Positions 37,850 through 48,782 of a stretch of DNA of 64,000 bases are shown piece by piece; the first letter of the stretch is position 1; each line of letters opens with the position of its first letter. The position numbers and the translations under genes are program-made. The notes under the pieces were generated by a model. The model worked only from the letters and a program-made list of their open reading frames with translations. It made no database searches and was not told where the DNA came from. Source of the DNA: an uncultured Planctomycetaceae bacterium (GTDB taxonomy: Bacteria; Planctomycetota; Planctomycetia; Pirellulales; PALSA-1355); NCBI GenBank assembly GCA_963791755.1, contig CAWBTK010000005.1, positions 100,508 to 164,507 of the forward strand. Direction: 5' to 3'.

Positions 37850-39450
37850 CTAGCGCGGGGCGGCGGCGTTGTTGTTGTCTTTTTCGGCCGCCGCGTCGCG
37901 CAAGCGGTAGATGGCCACGCTGGGGTTGATCGGCCCGACGCGGGGCAGATTCAGCGCCGGGTAAGCCGTGGTGATCACATAATCGGCTCCAAATTCCGCG
38001 CCCAGTTCGCGCAGCCCGCGGACCCCAGCTCGGCCAATGAGTTGCGCCAGATCGAGGTGCTACCGGGCGGCATGCCGTGAATCAGGTCGTTGCGGCGCCG
38101 CCACTCGACGATCCCGGGGGCGTCTTGCGGAATATCCTTGCGATTGACCACCTCGGCCCGACCGGCATACCAACGAAACGTTTGCGACAGGCGAGGCGTA
38201 AGAAACACGGCAGCGGGAGGCGTTTCGGCGGCGGCCCACTGACACGATTCGCGCCAGGCGGCGACGTTCGCGATGGCGGCATCGGCCGGAGGGCGAGGAT
38301 CGAGATGCCGCCGCCACATGGTTTCGCCCAATTGGCAACCGACGATCAGTAGCGCACATGTCACGCCAGCGGCGTGCCAGGACGGTCGCGCGGCCTGCCA
38401 CCGATAGACGATGGCCGACAGCACAAGCGCCGCGCCCAGCGGCACCATCACGTCGGACGTGCGGAACCAATAATACCTGAGTAGCGCGGCCGCCAGATCG
38501 GCGTGCATCGGCGCGAGCAGCCCGATCAACATTCCGATCGCGGAAATTCCGACCGCCGCGGCCACGAAAGTGCGCAGCCGCTGGAAGCCACGATTCGACG
38601 GAGCAAAATAGACCAGCCCGGCGAGCGCCGCAATCAACAACAGATGTCGCAAGACAAACAGCGGCGGAAATCGCTGGGGCAACAGGTGGTGGTAGAGCCG
38701 GTCGAAGACATAAATCCGGTTCGCTTCGGCGACAACGTCGGAAGGAATTCCGCGTGTCAACGCCAAGGCGGGCAACAAGCCCGGCAGCGCCAGCAGCAAA
38801 CCGCCGGCCAGGGGAAGCACGAGCCGGCTGAGCGGCGGCCGGTCGGGACTGGCGAGCCATACGACCATCGTGGCCACCACGGCCCAACCTCCGACGATGA
38901 CATGCATCGCTGAAGCAGCGCCGAACAGCAACAGGGCTCGGCCCCAGCGATCGTGTAGGAGCTGTTCTAGCCCAAAGAACACCAGCGCGTAGGCAAAGCC
39001 CTTGGCTTCCACGCCGCCGATGACCCATTCGCCGGCCATGTGCAGCCGGTCGTTGAACGCGACGAAAAGCCCTGCCGACAGCACCGCGTACCAGGCGGCC
39101 GGAACGAGCGCCGCGCTCAGCCGTCGCCAGGCCCAGGCCAAAAACAGCCAAGTGGCGATCCGCCCGCACCAGGCTAACGCCGGCAGCGAGAGCCATTGCG
39201 ACAACCAGCCGACGGTCCAGTAGAAAACCTGGTGCGCGTCAGCCGAGTTACAAAAAAAATCATTCGCGCACCAGCCGGCGTCCCAATAGTGCCTGGCCTT
39301 GCTCAGGTAGTGCGGTTCGTTCACCTCCGGCGCGGCCCAGCCGCCCTGGATGAAGAAAATCAGAAAAATGAGCGTAACTTCGCCGAAGGCCGGCCAACGA
39401 GAGGACCGGTCGCGTGGCCATTCGGAATCGTCGACCGCCGAACTGTGCAT
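37850..39450 (-). CDS. large polytopic membrane protein (GT-C-like, hypothetical), 1-nt deletion near 38014
   Basis: ORF 37975..39450 plus my own translation of the next frame to the TAG at 37850-37852: ...SLAELGSAG|LRELGAEFGADYVITTAYPALNLPRVGPINPSVAIYRLRDAAAEKDNNNAAAPR*. There are about 12 hydrophobic helices. N-terminal motif: NEPHYLSKARHYWDAGW. Confidence 0.6.
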
Positions 39451-39498
39451 AACGACTCTCAGACTAATCTGGTCTCGTCGGAATAACCAGTCCGCCCC

Positions 39499-39528
39499 TT
39501 GCGTCGGCCTTCACTGGCCCCCTATATT
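39499..39528 (+). promoter_or_regulatory. candidate promoter (TTGCGT-N18-TATATT) upstream of prpB
   Basis: Hexamers read directly, 39 nt upstream of the ATG at 39567. Confidence 0.25.
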
Positions 39529-39566
39529 CGCACAGGAATCCATTGTTTTGGCTCGCAGGTATCGAT

Positions 39567-40452
39567 ATGTCACAGCCTTCGCCCGGTCAACGTTTGCGCG
39601 ACGCGGTAGCCGATTCCACGATCCAAGTGCCCGGAGCGTTTAATGCGCTGGTCGGGCGGCTGATCGAGCAATCGGGCTACGACGCGGCTTATTTCTCGGG
39701 CGCGGCATTTTCAGCCGGCACGCTGGGCTTGCCCGACGTGGGGTTGTTCACGCTGACTGAATTGGCCCAGCACACGGCATATCTGACGCGGCAGGTCACG
39801 ATTCCGGTGATTGTCGACGCCGACACGGGTTTTGGCGAAGCCGTGAACGTCGAGCGCACGATTGTCGAACTCGAGGCGGCCGGCGCCGCCGCCATTCAGT
39901 TGGAAGACCAGGTGTTGCCGAAGCGTTGCGGCCACCTTTCCGGCAAGAGCCTGGTCGAGCCCGAGGCCATGTGCGCCAAGCTGCGCGCCGCCGCCGCCGC
40001 GCGATCGGACCCAGGCCTGGTGCTGCTGGCGCGTACCGATTCACGGGCCTCGCTGGGGCTCAACGAGCGCGATCGAGCGCGCCAAGCGGTACCTCGACGC
40101 GGGAGCCGATTGGATTTTTCCCGAGGCGCTGGCCGACGCCAAGGAATTCGAGCAGTTCGCCCGCGCCGTCGACGCGCCGCTGGTGGCCAACATGACCGAG
40201 TTCGGCAAGAGTCCGCTCTTGCCGTTGGACGCCTTGGCCGAGATGGGGTATGCCGCGGTGCTGTACCCGGTGACACTCTTGCGCACGGCGATGAAAGCGG
40301 TGGAGGCGGCCCTGGCCGTGATTGCCACCGAGGGAACACAGGCCGAATTACTCGACCTGATGCAATCCCGCCAGGAGCTTTATGATTTGCTAGGATACAG
40401 CGATTACGAGGCTCGCGATCGGGAATACTTCACCGGTTCCGAGCCGGGGTAG
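39567..40452 (+). CDS. prpB: methylisocitrate lyase, 1-nt insertion near 40068
   Basis: ORFs 39543..40385 and 39862..40452 join as ...ARTDSRASLGLNE|AIERAKRYLDAGADWIFPEAL... Also present: VPGAFNALV, VIVDADTGFG, IQLEDQVLPKRCGHLSGK. Confidence 0.9.
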
Positions 40453-40505
40453 CCGCGCACGGTTTCCGGCGCGCACAAACGCGACGATTTCAGCAGAGGA
40501 CATTC

Positions 40506-41625
40506 ATGGCGGAACCAATTTACAGTCCAGGTTTGGAAGGCGTGATCGCGGGCGAAACCGCCATTAGCACGATCGCCGGCGGCTTGCAGTATCGTGGATA
40601 TTCAATCGAGGACTTGGGCGAGCACGCGACGTTCGAGGAAGTTGCGTACTTGCTGCTGCATGGCGAGTTGCCCAAGACGGCCGAGCTGGCGGACTTCCGC
40701 GAGCGATTGAACGCGAGTGCCAAGATTCCCGATGCCTTGGTTGACTTTCTCGGCAAGATTCCCGGCGGCACGCCCATGATGGATATCCTGCGCACCGGCG
40801 CCAGCGCCCTGGCGCATTGGGATCCCGACGCGGCCGACGGTAGCCATGCCGCCAATTTGCGCAAGGCCGAGCACCTGCTGGCCCAATTGCCGATCGTGAT
40901 GGCGGCTCGCTACCGGCTGGCGAAGCGACAAAAGCCGGTGGCGTACGATCCGCGACTTTCGCTGGCCGGCAACATCCTGTGGATGCTCTTCGAAAAGCCG
41001 CCCAGCGAACGACTCACCAAGGCCATGGACGTTTCGCTGATCTTGTATGCCGAACACGAATACAACGCTTCGACGTTTGCAGCGCGCGTGGTTTGCTCGA
41101 CGTTGTCGGACATGCATTCGGCCATCACCGCGGCCATCGGCGCGCTCAAGGGCCCGCTGCACGGCGGCGCCAACGAAGCCGTGATGGAGGTGCTCAAGGA
41201 AGTGGGCACCGCCCAGCGAGCCGAGGCCTGGATTCGCGATGCCTTGGCCAACAAGCGGCGGATCATGGGTTTCGGCCATCGCGTGTACAAGACGGGCGAT
41301 CCCCGGGCCGCGTATCTGCGCACGCTTGTGCGGCGAACTGGCGGCCGAAACCGGCAACCAGGACATGGAGGCCATGGCCGATACGATCGAGACGATTGTC
41401 CGCAACGAGAAAAAGCTGCCGCCGAATCTGGATTGGCCCAGTGCCCGGCTGTATCACTACATGGGGTTGGACGTCGATCTGTATACGCCGCTGTTCGTGC
41501 TAAGCCGCGTCACGGGCTGGGCCGCGCACGTCATCGAACAGCTCGACAACAATCGCCTGATTCGCCCGCGGGCGAACTACACGGGTCCGCCTCCGCGCAA
41601 GTGGACGCCGATTGCGCAACGATAA
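40506..41625 (+). CDS. prpC: 2-methylcitrate synthase / citrate synthase family, 1-nt insertion near 41328
   Basis: ORFs 40506..41630 and 41239..41625 join as ...GFGHRVYKTGDPRAAYLRTL|CGELAAETGNQDMEAM...LYTPLFVLSRVTGWAAHVIEQ. Also LHGGANEAV. It sits adjacent to prpB. Confidence 0.85.
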
Positions 41626-41626
41626 C

Positions 41627-42580
41627 TTAGATCGCCAGCTCGCGACCCGCGCCCTGGGCCCGGGCCAATTCGAGTAACTTACCGCCCAGCGCCACGTCTT
41701 CGATCGCCAGGCCAACCGACTTGAAGATCGCGATGCTCTCGCGCGTATTGCGTCCCGTGGCGCGGCCCGTGACGACATCGGCCAAATCGACGGCTCGCGA
41801 CCAGTCGAAGACGCCTTTCTCCAACGAATCGACAAAGTCGCCCGCCTCGTTCTGGCAGGCCTTGACGCTGTCGCAGACGATGTTGTCTGCCCGGCGAATG
41901 ACGGTCGAATCGATCTCGGCTTTGTTCAGCCAATTCGAGCCGACGGCGCACACGAGCGTTCCCTCGGCCAGCCAGGCGCCGTCAAAGACCGGTTCGCGGC
42001 TCGTGGTGGCCGTCATCACAATCGGCAGATCCTCGGCGGCTTCCTGCGGCCGGTCGACCGCGCGGACCTCGATACCGAGTTGCGCCGACATGCGGCTGGC
42101 AAATTCGTCGCGCTTCTGTTCGTTGCGACTATACACATAGGCAGCCTGGATCGCGCGCACGCGAGCAATGGCCTCGAGCTGGGTTTGCGCCTGCCATCCG
42201 GCCCCGAACAGGCCCACTTCTGTGGCGTCGGCCAGCGCCATCGCCGCGGCGGCCACGCCCGAGGCGGCGCCGGTTCGCAGTTGGCCCAGCCGATCCGCTT
42301 CGATCAGAGCGATCAGCGCTCCGGTTGCGTCGTACAATCCCAGGTGGAAGAGCGCCCGCTTGCGGGTCGTGGTGTAGTTTTTCCAACCCACTAGCCCCAG
42401 GTAGCCTGCCGCGGCGCTCATCGAGTGCAGGATGATGCCAGGCGATTGTGCCCGGGTGCGGGGCACATTCTCGGCCTCACCGGCAGCCAGGCGGCGGAAG
42501 GCCTCGGCGCAAACCTCGATCGCCGCCTCCATGTCCAGCAACCGCGTCACGTCGGCTTCCGTGAGATACAAGACGGACAT
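41627..42580 (-). CDS. ornithine cyclodeaminase / mu-crystallin family protein
   Basis: ORF 41627..42580: LYLTEADVTRLLDMEAAIEVCAEAFR...LRTGAASGVAA...GLFGAGWQAQTQL. Confidence 0.85.
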   Translation of the reverse strand: MSVLYLTEADVTRLLDMEAAIEVCAEAFRRLAAGEAENVPRTRAQSPGIILHSMSAAAGYLGLVGWKNYTTTRKRALFHLGLYDATGALIALIEADRLGQLRTGAASGVAAAAMALADATEVGLFGAGWQAQTQLEAIARVRAIQAAYVYSRNEQKRDEFASRMSAQLGIEVRAVDRPQEAAEDLPIVMTATTSREPVFDGAWLAEGTLVCAVGSNWLNKAEIDSTVIRRADNIVCDSVKACQNEAGDFVDSLEKGVFDWSRAVDLADVVTGRATGRNTRESIAIFKSVGLAIEDVALGGKLLELARAQGAGRELAI

Positions 42581-42650
42581 GATCGACCTCGCGGGGACGA
42601 TTGGTTTCGGCGGAATTTTTTCAGCCGCCCGCTAGCGCCGCTGGTTTATT

Positions 42651-44186
42651 CTATCCGTTTTCAAGCGCCGAGATGCGCTTGAAGTCATCCTTGAGCGAGC
42701 GGTACAGGTCTTGATAGATCGGAAACGCCGCGTCGTGTTTTTTCGAGGCCTGCTTGTTGGGAGCCGTTTGCTTGACCACGCGAATCGTGGCCTCGCAGGC
42801 TTCCTCCACGTTTTTGAACGCTCCCGCCCCCACCGCAGCCAACAGGGCCACGCCATAGGCGGGCCCTTCCTCGGCGTTCAGCGTGACAACCTTCTGGCCG
42901 AATACATCGGCCTGAATCTGACGCCAGAGTTGGCTTTTCGATCCGCCCCCCGAAGCTCGAATCTGCCGCACGGGCACGCCCAACTCCTGGATAATGGCCA
43001 GGCTGTCGCGCATCGCGTAGCTGACCCCTTCGAGCACGGAGCGCACCATGTGCCCGCGCGTGTGCGCCAGCGTGAGCCCAATGAAACAGGCGCGAGCATC
43101 GGGGTCGGCGTGTGGCGTGCGCTCGCCGGAAAGATAGGGCAGAAAGAACAGCCCCTCGGATCCGGAGGCGATTTTTGCGGCCTCGGCCGTGAGGGAGTCG
43201 TAGGGGTCGATTTTCGATTTTTTCCCGGACGCGATTTCGGCCTGGCAAAGCTGGTTGCGAAACCATTGCAAGGAACCGCCCCCCGAGAGGCTGACGCCCA
43301 TCATGTGCCATTTGCCGTGCACCGCGTGGCAGAAAGTATGCAACCGCCCGGCGGGATCGACTTGCACGGTATCGCTGTGGACGAACATGATTCCCGAGGT
43401 TCCGATCGACGTCGACAGCGTGCCGCGACTGACCACGCCGTTTCCCACGGCATTGGCCGCGCAGTCCCCTGCCCCGCCCACGACCACGCAATCGGTCGAC
43501 AACCCCAGCGCGCGAGCCGCGTCCTTGGTCAGTTTGCCGGTCACTTCCTCGCTCTCGTAACAGTCCGCCAACAGCGAGCGATCCAACTCCAGCTTGCCCA
43601 GCAATTCGCCCGACCAGTCGCGCCGCGCCACGTCGAGCAGCAACATGCCGCTGGCGTCGCTGACGTCGGTCGCGAACTCGCCGGTCATTCGCCGCCGCAC
43701 GTCGTCCTTGGGGAGTAGCACCTTGACGGTCTTGTCGAAGTGCCGGGGCTCGCGATTGCGCAGCCACAAAATTTTCGGCGCCGTGAAACCGGTGAGCGCG
43801 GGATTGGCGACCATGCGGATCAATTCGCTACGGCCTCCGGCGCGCCGTTCCAACTCGTCGCATTCGGCCGCGGTGCGCTGATCGTTCCACAGCAGCGCGC
43901 GGCGAATGACGCGGTTCTGCTTGTCGAGAAACACCGACCCGTGCATCTGTCCAGACAGGCCGATGGCCTTGACATCCGCTGCCTTGAGCTTGCCTTTTTT
44001 GACGACCGCGCGGATCGTCTTGACCGTCGCCTGCCACCAATCCTCCGGATCCTGTTCGCTCCACAGGGGCTTGGGATGATATGAGGGATAGAGGCTGGTC
44101 GATTCGGCCAGGATCTTTCCGCGCTGGTCGATGGCCAGTGTTTTGGTGCCCGAGGTGCCGATGTCGATGCCGAGAAAAATGCTCAT
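42651..44186 (-). CDS. xylB: xylulokinase (FGGY carbohydrate kinase)
   Basis: ATG at 44186: [20 protein letters not shown]...[10 protein letters not shown]...GLSGQMHG...[15 protein letters not shown]... Confidence 0.85.
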   Translation of the reverse strand: MSIFLGIDIGTSGTKTLAIDQRGKILAESTSLYPSYHPKPLWSEQDPEDWWQATVKTIRAVVKKGKLKAADVKAIGLSGQMHGSVFLDKQNRVIRRALLWNDQRTAAECDELERRAGGRSELIRMVANPALTGFTAPKILWLRNREPRHFDKTVKVLLPKDDVRRRMTGEFATDVSDASGMLLLDVARRDWSGELLGKLELDRSLLADCYESEEVTGKLTKDAARALGLSTDCVVVGGAGDCAANAVGNGVVSRGTLSTSIGTSGIMFVHSDTVQVDPAGRLHTFCHAVHGKWHMMGVSLSGGGSLQWFRNQLCQAEIASGKKSKIDPYDSLTAEAAKIASGSEGLFFLPYLSGERTPHADPDARACFIGLTLAHTRGHMVRSVLEGVSYAMRDSLAIIQELGVPVRQIRASGGGSKSQLWRQIQADVFGQKVVTLNAEEGPAYGVALLAAVGAGAFKNVEEACEATIRVVKQTAPNKQASKKHDAAFPIYQDLYRSLKDDFKRISALENG

Positions 44187-44430
44187 GGTGTCGGCGCAAC
44201 TGCCTGGTTTCGGGGAGAAAAAGCTCGGTAAGTGAGGCGGATTGTAACCCGGCCGCCACGCGACTGGCAACCGCCGGTCCGGACGCGCCGCGAGCCGATT
44301 GACCGGGGCCGTACCGGGTCTCTAGGATGCAATCTCCGGCTGTCCAAAAGGCGAGCGCTCGCCGAATTCGCCGCGAGGCTCCGTGCCGCGGCCATCGGAA
44401 GCCACGCCCGTGGAAACACCTCGAGGAAGT

Positions 44431-45912
44431 ATGTCACGTACGCATTTTTTGTCCGGTCATCCCTTGATGTGGATCGGGCTGGCGGTCCTGTCGCTGTTCG
44501 CATCGACGGTCTCGGGCTGCGCCAACTCTCAAGAGCCGGCGAGCGAGGCCGAAACGGCGGCACGACCCCACGTGGAGCTAAGACTTCTCGTGATCGACGA
44601 CCCGCCGATGGCCGCGGCCATCGAGCGACTGCGCGCCGAGTGGCAAGCGCGAACCGGCGCGGCGATTGTCCTCGCGCAGCTCACCAGCGAGGAGCTGCTC
44701 GCTGCCGGCAACCTGGGCGGCGGCGCCGACGCCGTAATCTACCCCTCGGGAAAGTTGGGGCTGCTGGCCGAGCGGGACTGGATCGTGCCCTTGCCGGCCG
44801 ATTATGCCACGAGCCGTACGTTGGCCTGGGCCGATACGTTCGAGCTGTTGCAAGTGGCCGAGACGCGTTGGGGCCAGAGCCCCTTTGCCGTTCCGTTCGG
44901 TTCCACTTTGTTGACGTGCTACTATCGAGGCGACTTGTTCGAGCGCTTTCACAAGCGCCCGCCCACGACGTGGCAGGAGTACCAGTCGCTCGTCGAGTTC
45001 TTCGCGAAACCGGAAAACTTGCCGGGCGTCGAACTGCCAGCCGGTTGGTCGGCCACGCTCGAACCACTGGCAAACGGCTGGGCCGGACGCGTTCTGTTGG
45101 CCCGCGCGGCGGCCTATGCCCGGCATCGCGACCATTACTCGGCGCTGTTCAACATCGACAGCATGCAACCGCTCGTCGCCGCGGCGCCGTTCGTTCGCGC
45201 GCTCGATGAGCTGGTCGCGGCGGCCCGGCTATCGCCCGAAAATCGTTTGGAACTCGATCCGCATGGCGCGCGGCAAGCCTTTTTGGCCGGCCGCGCGGCG
45301 CTGGCACTGGCCGTGCCCGGGCATTCGGCGGCCGATGCGACCACCGAAAGCCGGCCGATGCCGGACTTGGGATTTGCCGAACTACCTGGTTCGCGAGAGG
45401 TCTATAACACGGCCGGCAGTCGCTGGGAAAATCGTAAGTCCGAGGAGAGCGTGCATGTGCCGCTATTATGTTTCGCCGGCCGACTCGGGTCGGTGACGAA
45501 GGAAACGAAGCAGGGCGACGCCGCGCTGCAGTTGCTGGCCTGGCTGTCGGGCCGCGAATGGGGCGCCACGGTCAGCAGCGCCAGCGCCGCCACCACGCTC
45601 TATCGCCGCAGCCAAATGCGCGCACCAAGACCTTGGCTGGATCCGCAAACCGACCAGCAAGCAGCCGCTCAATATGCGACCGCCATCCGCGATGGGTTCA
45701 GTCGACAGGCCTATCTGTTCGCCCTGCGAATCCCGGGCGAAGAGAAGTATCTGGCGGCACTGGATGCCGCGGTTCATCAGGCCGTGAGAGGCGAGAAATC
45801 GGCGGCGGACGCACTGAGCACGGCGGCCGGAGAATGGAGTCAAATCACGGCAGAACTGGGGCTCGACGCACAGCGAGCTGCCTATCGCGCAAGCGTGGGC
45901 CTGGAACCGTAA
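44431..45912 (+). CDS. lipoprotein, ABC-transporter extracellular solute-binding protein family (sugar-type)
   Basis: ATG at 44431: MSRTHFLSGHPLMWIGLAVLSLFASTVSGC (lipobox). The length and W/Y-rich layout fit SBP family 1. The function assignment is moderate. Confidence 0.65.
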   Translation: MSRTHFLSGHPLMWIGLAVLSLFASTVSGCANSQEPASEAETAARPHVELRLLVIDDPPMAAAIERLRAEWQARTGAAIVLAQLTSEELLAAGNLGGGADAVIYPSGKLGLLAERDWIVPLPADYATSRTLAWADTFELLQVAETRWGQSPFAVPFGSTLLTCYYRGDLFERFHKRPPTTWQEYQSLVEFFAKPENLPGVELPAGWSATLEPLANGWAGRVLLARAAAYARHRDHYSALFNIDSMQPLVAAAPFVRALDELVAAARLSPENRLELDPHGARQAFLAGRAALALAVPGHSAADATTESRPMPDLGFAELPGSREVYNTAGSRWENRKSEESVHVPLLCFAGRLGSVTKETKQGDAALQLLAWLSGREWGATVSSASAATTLYRRSQMRAPRPWLDPQTDQQAAAQYATAIRDGFSRQAYLFALRIPGEEKYLAALDAAVHQAVRGEKSAADALSTAAGEWSQITAELGLDAQRAAYRASVGLEP

Positions 45913-46014
45913 GCTTGTCGGCAACGCGGCGAAGCGGCATGCATCACGGTTGTTTCAGGACTCGCGTTCGCCTGGACAACCGGCGCCTTCGATTTTAGAA
46001 TGCATCAACCGCTT

Positions 46015-46087
46015 GGGGCGGTAGCTCAATTGGGAGAGCGCTGCGTTCGCAATGCAGAGGTCGAGGGTTCGACTCCCTTCCGCTCCA
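46015..46087 (+). tRNA. tRNA-Ala (anticodon CGC)
   Basis: Hand-folded cloverleaf. Acceptor GGGGCGG/CCGCTCC with the G3:U70 Ala identity pair. D-arm GCTC..GAGC. Anticodon arm CTGCG-TTCGCAA-TGCAG. T-arm GAGGG-TTCGACT-CCCTT. Discriminator A. CCA is not encoded. Confidence 0.9.
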
Positions 46088-46209
46088 CTTGATGTAAGTC
46101 TTGCCGAAATCTCACGTTAGATTCCCTGCCGATGGTCGGCAGTGCGGCCTGTTTTCCGAGAGCCTGGGGATTATTTTAATCCCTTCGTTCCTTTGAAAGG
46201 GGTTGCACC

Positions 46210-46550
46210 ATGCCGTCTTTCCTCCAAAGTCCCATCGTATCGGCGTCACAAGCCATCCGGCCGCGCTTGTCAAGCACAAGGGCGCGGTCTATTACATCGG
46301 CCGGTATGGCACAAAGGCCAGCGAGGCAGAATACGCCCGCCTGATTGCGCAATGGTCGGCCGGCGATTCCGAGTGTCCTGTCGAGGTCCGCGACGAGATC
46401 ACGATCGTTGAAATGCTCGTCGCCTATTTGCCGCCATGCCCATCGCCATTACCGCAAGGATGGTCGTCCTACCGACGAACTCACGAACATCAAAAGCGCA
46501 ATTCGTCGTTGCCTACGCATGACCGGCGGCTGCAATTCGCTCAACACTAG
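46210..46550 (+). pseudogene. tyrosine-recombinase (phage-type integrase) N-terminal relic: frameshifted and truncated
   Basis: Pieces in three frames: MPSF..|SKVPSYRRHKPSGRA|LVKHKGAVYYIGRYGTKASEAEYARLIAQW...ITIVEMLVAYL|RHAHRHYRKDGRPTDELTNIKSAIRR. From memory this matches the N-terminal arm-binding/SAM-like region of planctomycete integrases. No catalytic domain follows. Confidence 0.6.
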
Positions 46551-46631
46551 CGATGGCGCACCCGAGCCGCGAGCGCGGCGGCGGACGACGCAAAGCAACC
46601 GTAGGCCGATCTGCCAAAGGGTAAAGGCCCT

Positions 46632-47447
46632 TCAGTCCTCGGAAACCGTGAACCGCCCCTGTCCCGCGGCTTCGACAAGAAACTGCTCGCCATTTCTCGG
46701 GTGAAAGGTGCGCTTGCCAACGGCTTGCGTGGGGCGAGATTCATCGCCCGAGCGGAACTCGAGTGTGCCGGGTCGACAGCGTTCGTGCGTGCGCGAATAC
46801 CTGGGCGGCAGAGTAAAGTGCTGATCGGCAAGGACGTAATTGATGGCGTCATTGCTCTCGTTGGTTATGGAAAACTCGATACGCTTCGAGCGCGGCCGGC
46901 CGAACATCTGCACCGCGTAAAATACTCCCGTCTCGTCGCTCTGGGCCACGCCCACGCCCGTTTCGACCACGTCGGAATCGAGCATGTTTCGGCGGTGGGG
47001 TGGTGAATGGCGCCATCCGTCAACCAGCGTTTCCACGAGTTGGTCGGTGGAAAAGCCCCGCGAATTAAAGTCGTAAGCAATGTTCTCGGCGATGATGCAG
47101 TACTCGTAGCCTTGTTGCTCCGCGCGATCTCGTGGTCGATTGCCGTCCGCTTCGTGTCCATAGCGATCGGTGCGTGCCATGTACTGGGCAAAACGCCGGG
47201 CCGCGGCCGATAGCTCCGGAGAAATACTCAGTTCGCCGCGATCATGTTGCTGGCGAAAACGATTGGTTGCCTGAACAATTCCTCGCGAGGCCTCGTGGAT
47301 TCGCGGAGATCGTTCAGGCCGGTAATGCTCCACAAGCGGCTGCACCTTGATCGTCTCGGCCTCGTGCTCCGAGGCGGTTTGGGCCCAGCAGACGCCGGTA
47401 CAGAGATGAAAGATCGTCGCGGTTAACAGAATTTTAGTAGGCGACAT
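46632..47447 (-). CDS. secreted CAP/SCP (PR-1-like) domain protein
   Basis: ATG at 47447: MSPTKILLTATIFHLCTGVCWA (signal). CAP core: ...FAQYMARTDRYGHEADG...AENIAY...GWRHSPPHRRNML...GVGVAQ. Confidence 0.8.
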   Translation of the reverse strand: MSPTKILLTATIFHLCTGVCWAQTASEHEAETIKVQPLVEHYRPERSPRIHEASRGIVQATNRFRQQHDRGELSISPELSAAARRFAQYMARTDRYGHEADGNRPRDRAEQQGYEYCIIAENIAYDFNSRGFSTDQLVETLVDGWRHSPPHRRNMLDSDVVETGVGVAQSDETGVFYAVQMFGRPRSKRIEFSITNESNDAINYVLADQHFTLPPRYSRTHERCRPGTLEFRSGDESRPTQAVGKRTFHPRNGEQFLVEAAGQGRFTVSED

Positions 47448-47662
47448 CGCAAGACACTCCGGGGGCCCAATGTGGTCCCGGGTCATTGAGGCATACGCCG
47501 TGCCAAACGGCCGTTCTTAGGGTCCCTGATTCAGGCGCGCTTCGTGAGAGAGAGCAGAATGATGGAATAGCCCCGAAATGGCATTGGAATTGCGGCATTA
47601 AACGCTCCACCCAGTCGGCCCCAGGTCATGACCCTTTTATCTTTGCGCGCGATGGTTAAGAA

Positions 47663-48733
47663 ATGTCCGTATCCGCTGTCAATCACGATCGGAATAAGCG
47701 GTTGACGGGGCAGGTTTCGCGCGTCTTCGGGCGGAGGTTCGCCATTTCCGTCGCCGTGGCGGCCGCGCTGTTGCTCGTGGCGCTGGCCGTCTACACGATT
47801 ACGGCCTGGCTGCTGTTCTTTGCGGCGATTCTGTTCGCAATTCTACTGCGAAGTTTAAGCGATCAATTGGCGGAGGCCACGCCGCTGGGGCCAGGCTGGG
47901 CCCTTACCGCCACCGTCGCGGTTCTCTTGATTGCCGCGGGACTTCTCACGTGGCTGCTCGCGGCCCGGGTCGAAACCCAAATCAACGATTTGTCCGACCA
48001 ACTCTCGCGCGGCGCGGAACGAGTGCAAGCTTACCTGGCCGATCGAGCCTGGGGCCAACAACTGGGTACCGAGCTCGGCGAGATCCGACACGTGTTAACG
48101 TCGGGCGGAATCTTGGGAAATATCGGCGGCATGGTCTCCAGCTCGCTCGGCGCCGCGGTCAACGTGCTAATTATCTTTTTTCTCGGACTCTACCTGGCGA
48201 TCAATCCCCGGCTGTACATGAACGGATTCCTGCATTTGATTCCACAACGTGGCCGTGAGCGGGCTCGCCAGCTGCTCGGGTCCCTTTTGACGACGCTTCG
48301 CTGGTGGCTGGTCGGCAGATTCCTGTCGATGCTCGAGGTCGGCGTGCTGACGGCCATCGGGCTGTGGCTGATCGGCGTGCCGTTGCCGATCGTACTTGGG
48401 GTGCTGACGGGACTCATGAATTTCGTGCCCAATTTAGGTCCCATCCTCGCCACCGCGCTGACCGGATTAGTCGGACTGTCGGTCAGCCCCCTGGTTGCTC
48501 TGTATGCGATTGTCGCGCAGTGCGTGATCGGTTGCTTCGACGGATTCGTGGTGACTCCGCTCATTCAGCAGCGCACGGTCTCCTTGCCAGCGGGCATTAT
48601 CCTGGGAGCTCAAGTGCTGATTGGAATTCTGCTGGGAGGTCTCGGCGTCTTGCTCGCCACGCCCTTGGCTGCCGTGATTTACGTGATCGTCAGGAAACTT
48701 TACGTGGCCGATTTCCTGGGCGATGAAGTGTGA
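47663..48733 (+). CDS. AI-2E family (PerM-like) transporter
   Basis: ORF 47663..48733. Eight-TM layout with ...LMNFVPNLGPILA... and ...VVTPLIQQRTVSLPAGIIL. Confidence 0.85.
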   Translation: MSVSAVNHDRNKRLTGQVSRVFGRRFAISVAVAAALLLVALAVYTITAWLLFFAAILFAILLRSLSDQLAEATPLGPGWALTATVAVLLIAAGLLTWLLAARVETQINDLSDQLSRGAERVQAYLADRAWGQQLGTELGEIRHVLTSGGILGNIGGMVSSSLGAAVNVLIIFFLGLYLAINPRLYMNGFLHLIPQRGRERARQLLGSLLTTLRWWLVGRFLSMLEVGVLTAIGLWLIGVPLPIVLGVLTGLMNFVPNLGPILATALTGLVGLSVSPLVALYAIVAQCVIGCFDGFVVTPLIQQRTVSLPAGIILGAQVLIGILLGGLGVLLATPLAAVIYVIVRKLYVADFLGDEV

Positions 48734-48782
48734 ACCGAGCAACGTTCGCTGAGCCATTGCCGACGACTGTTTTTCGTTTCAG

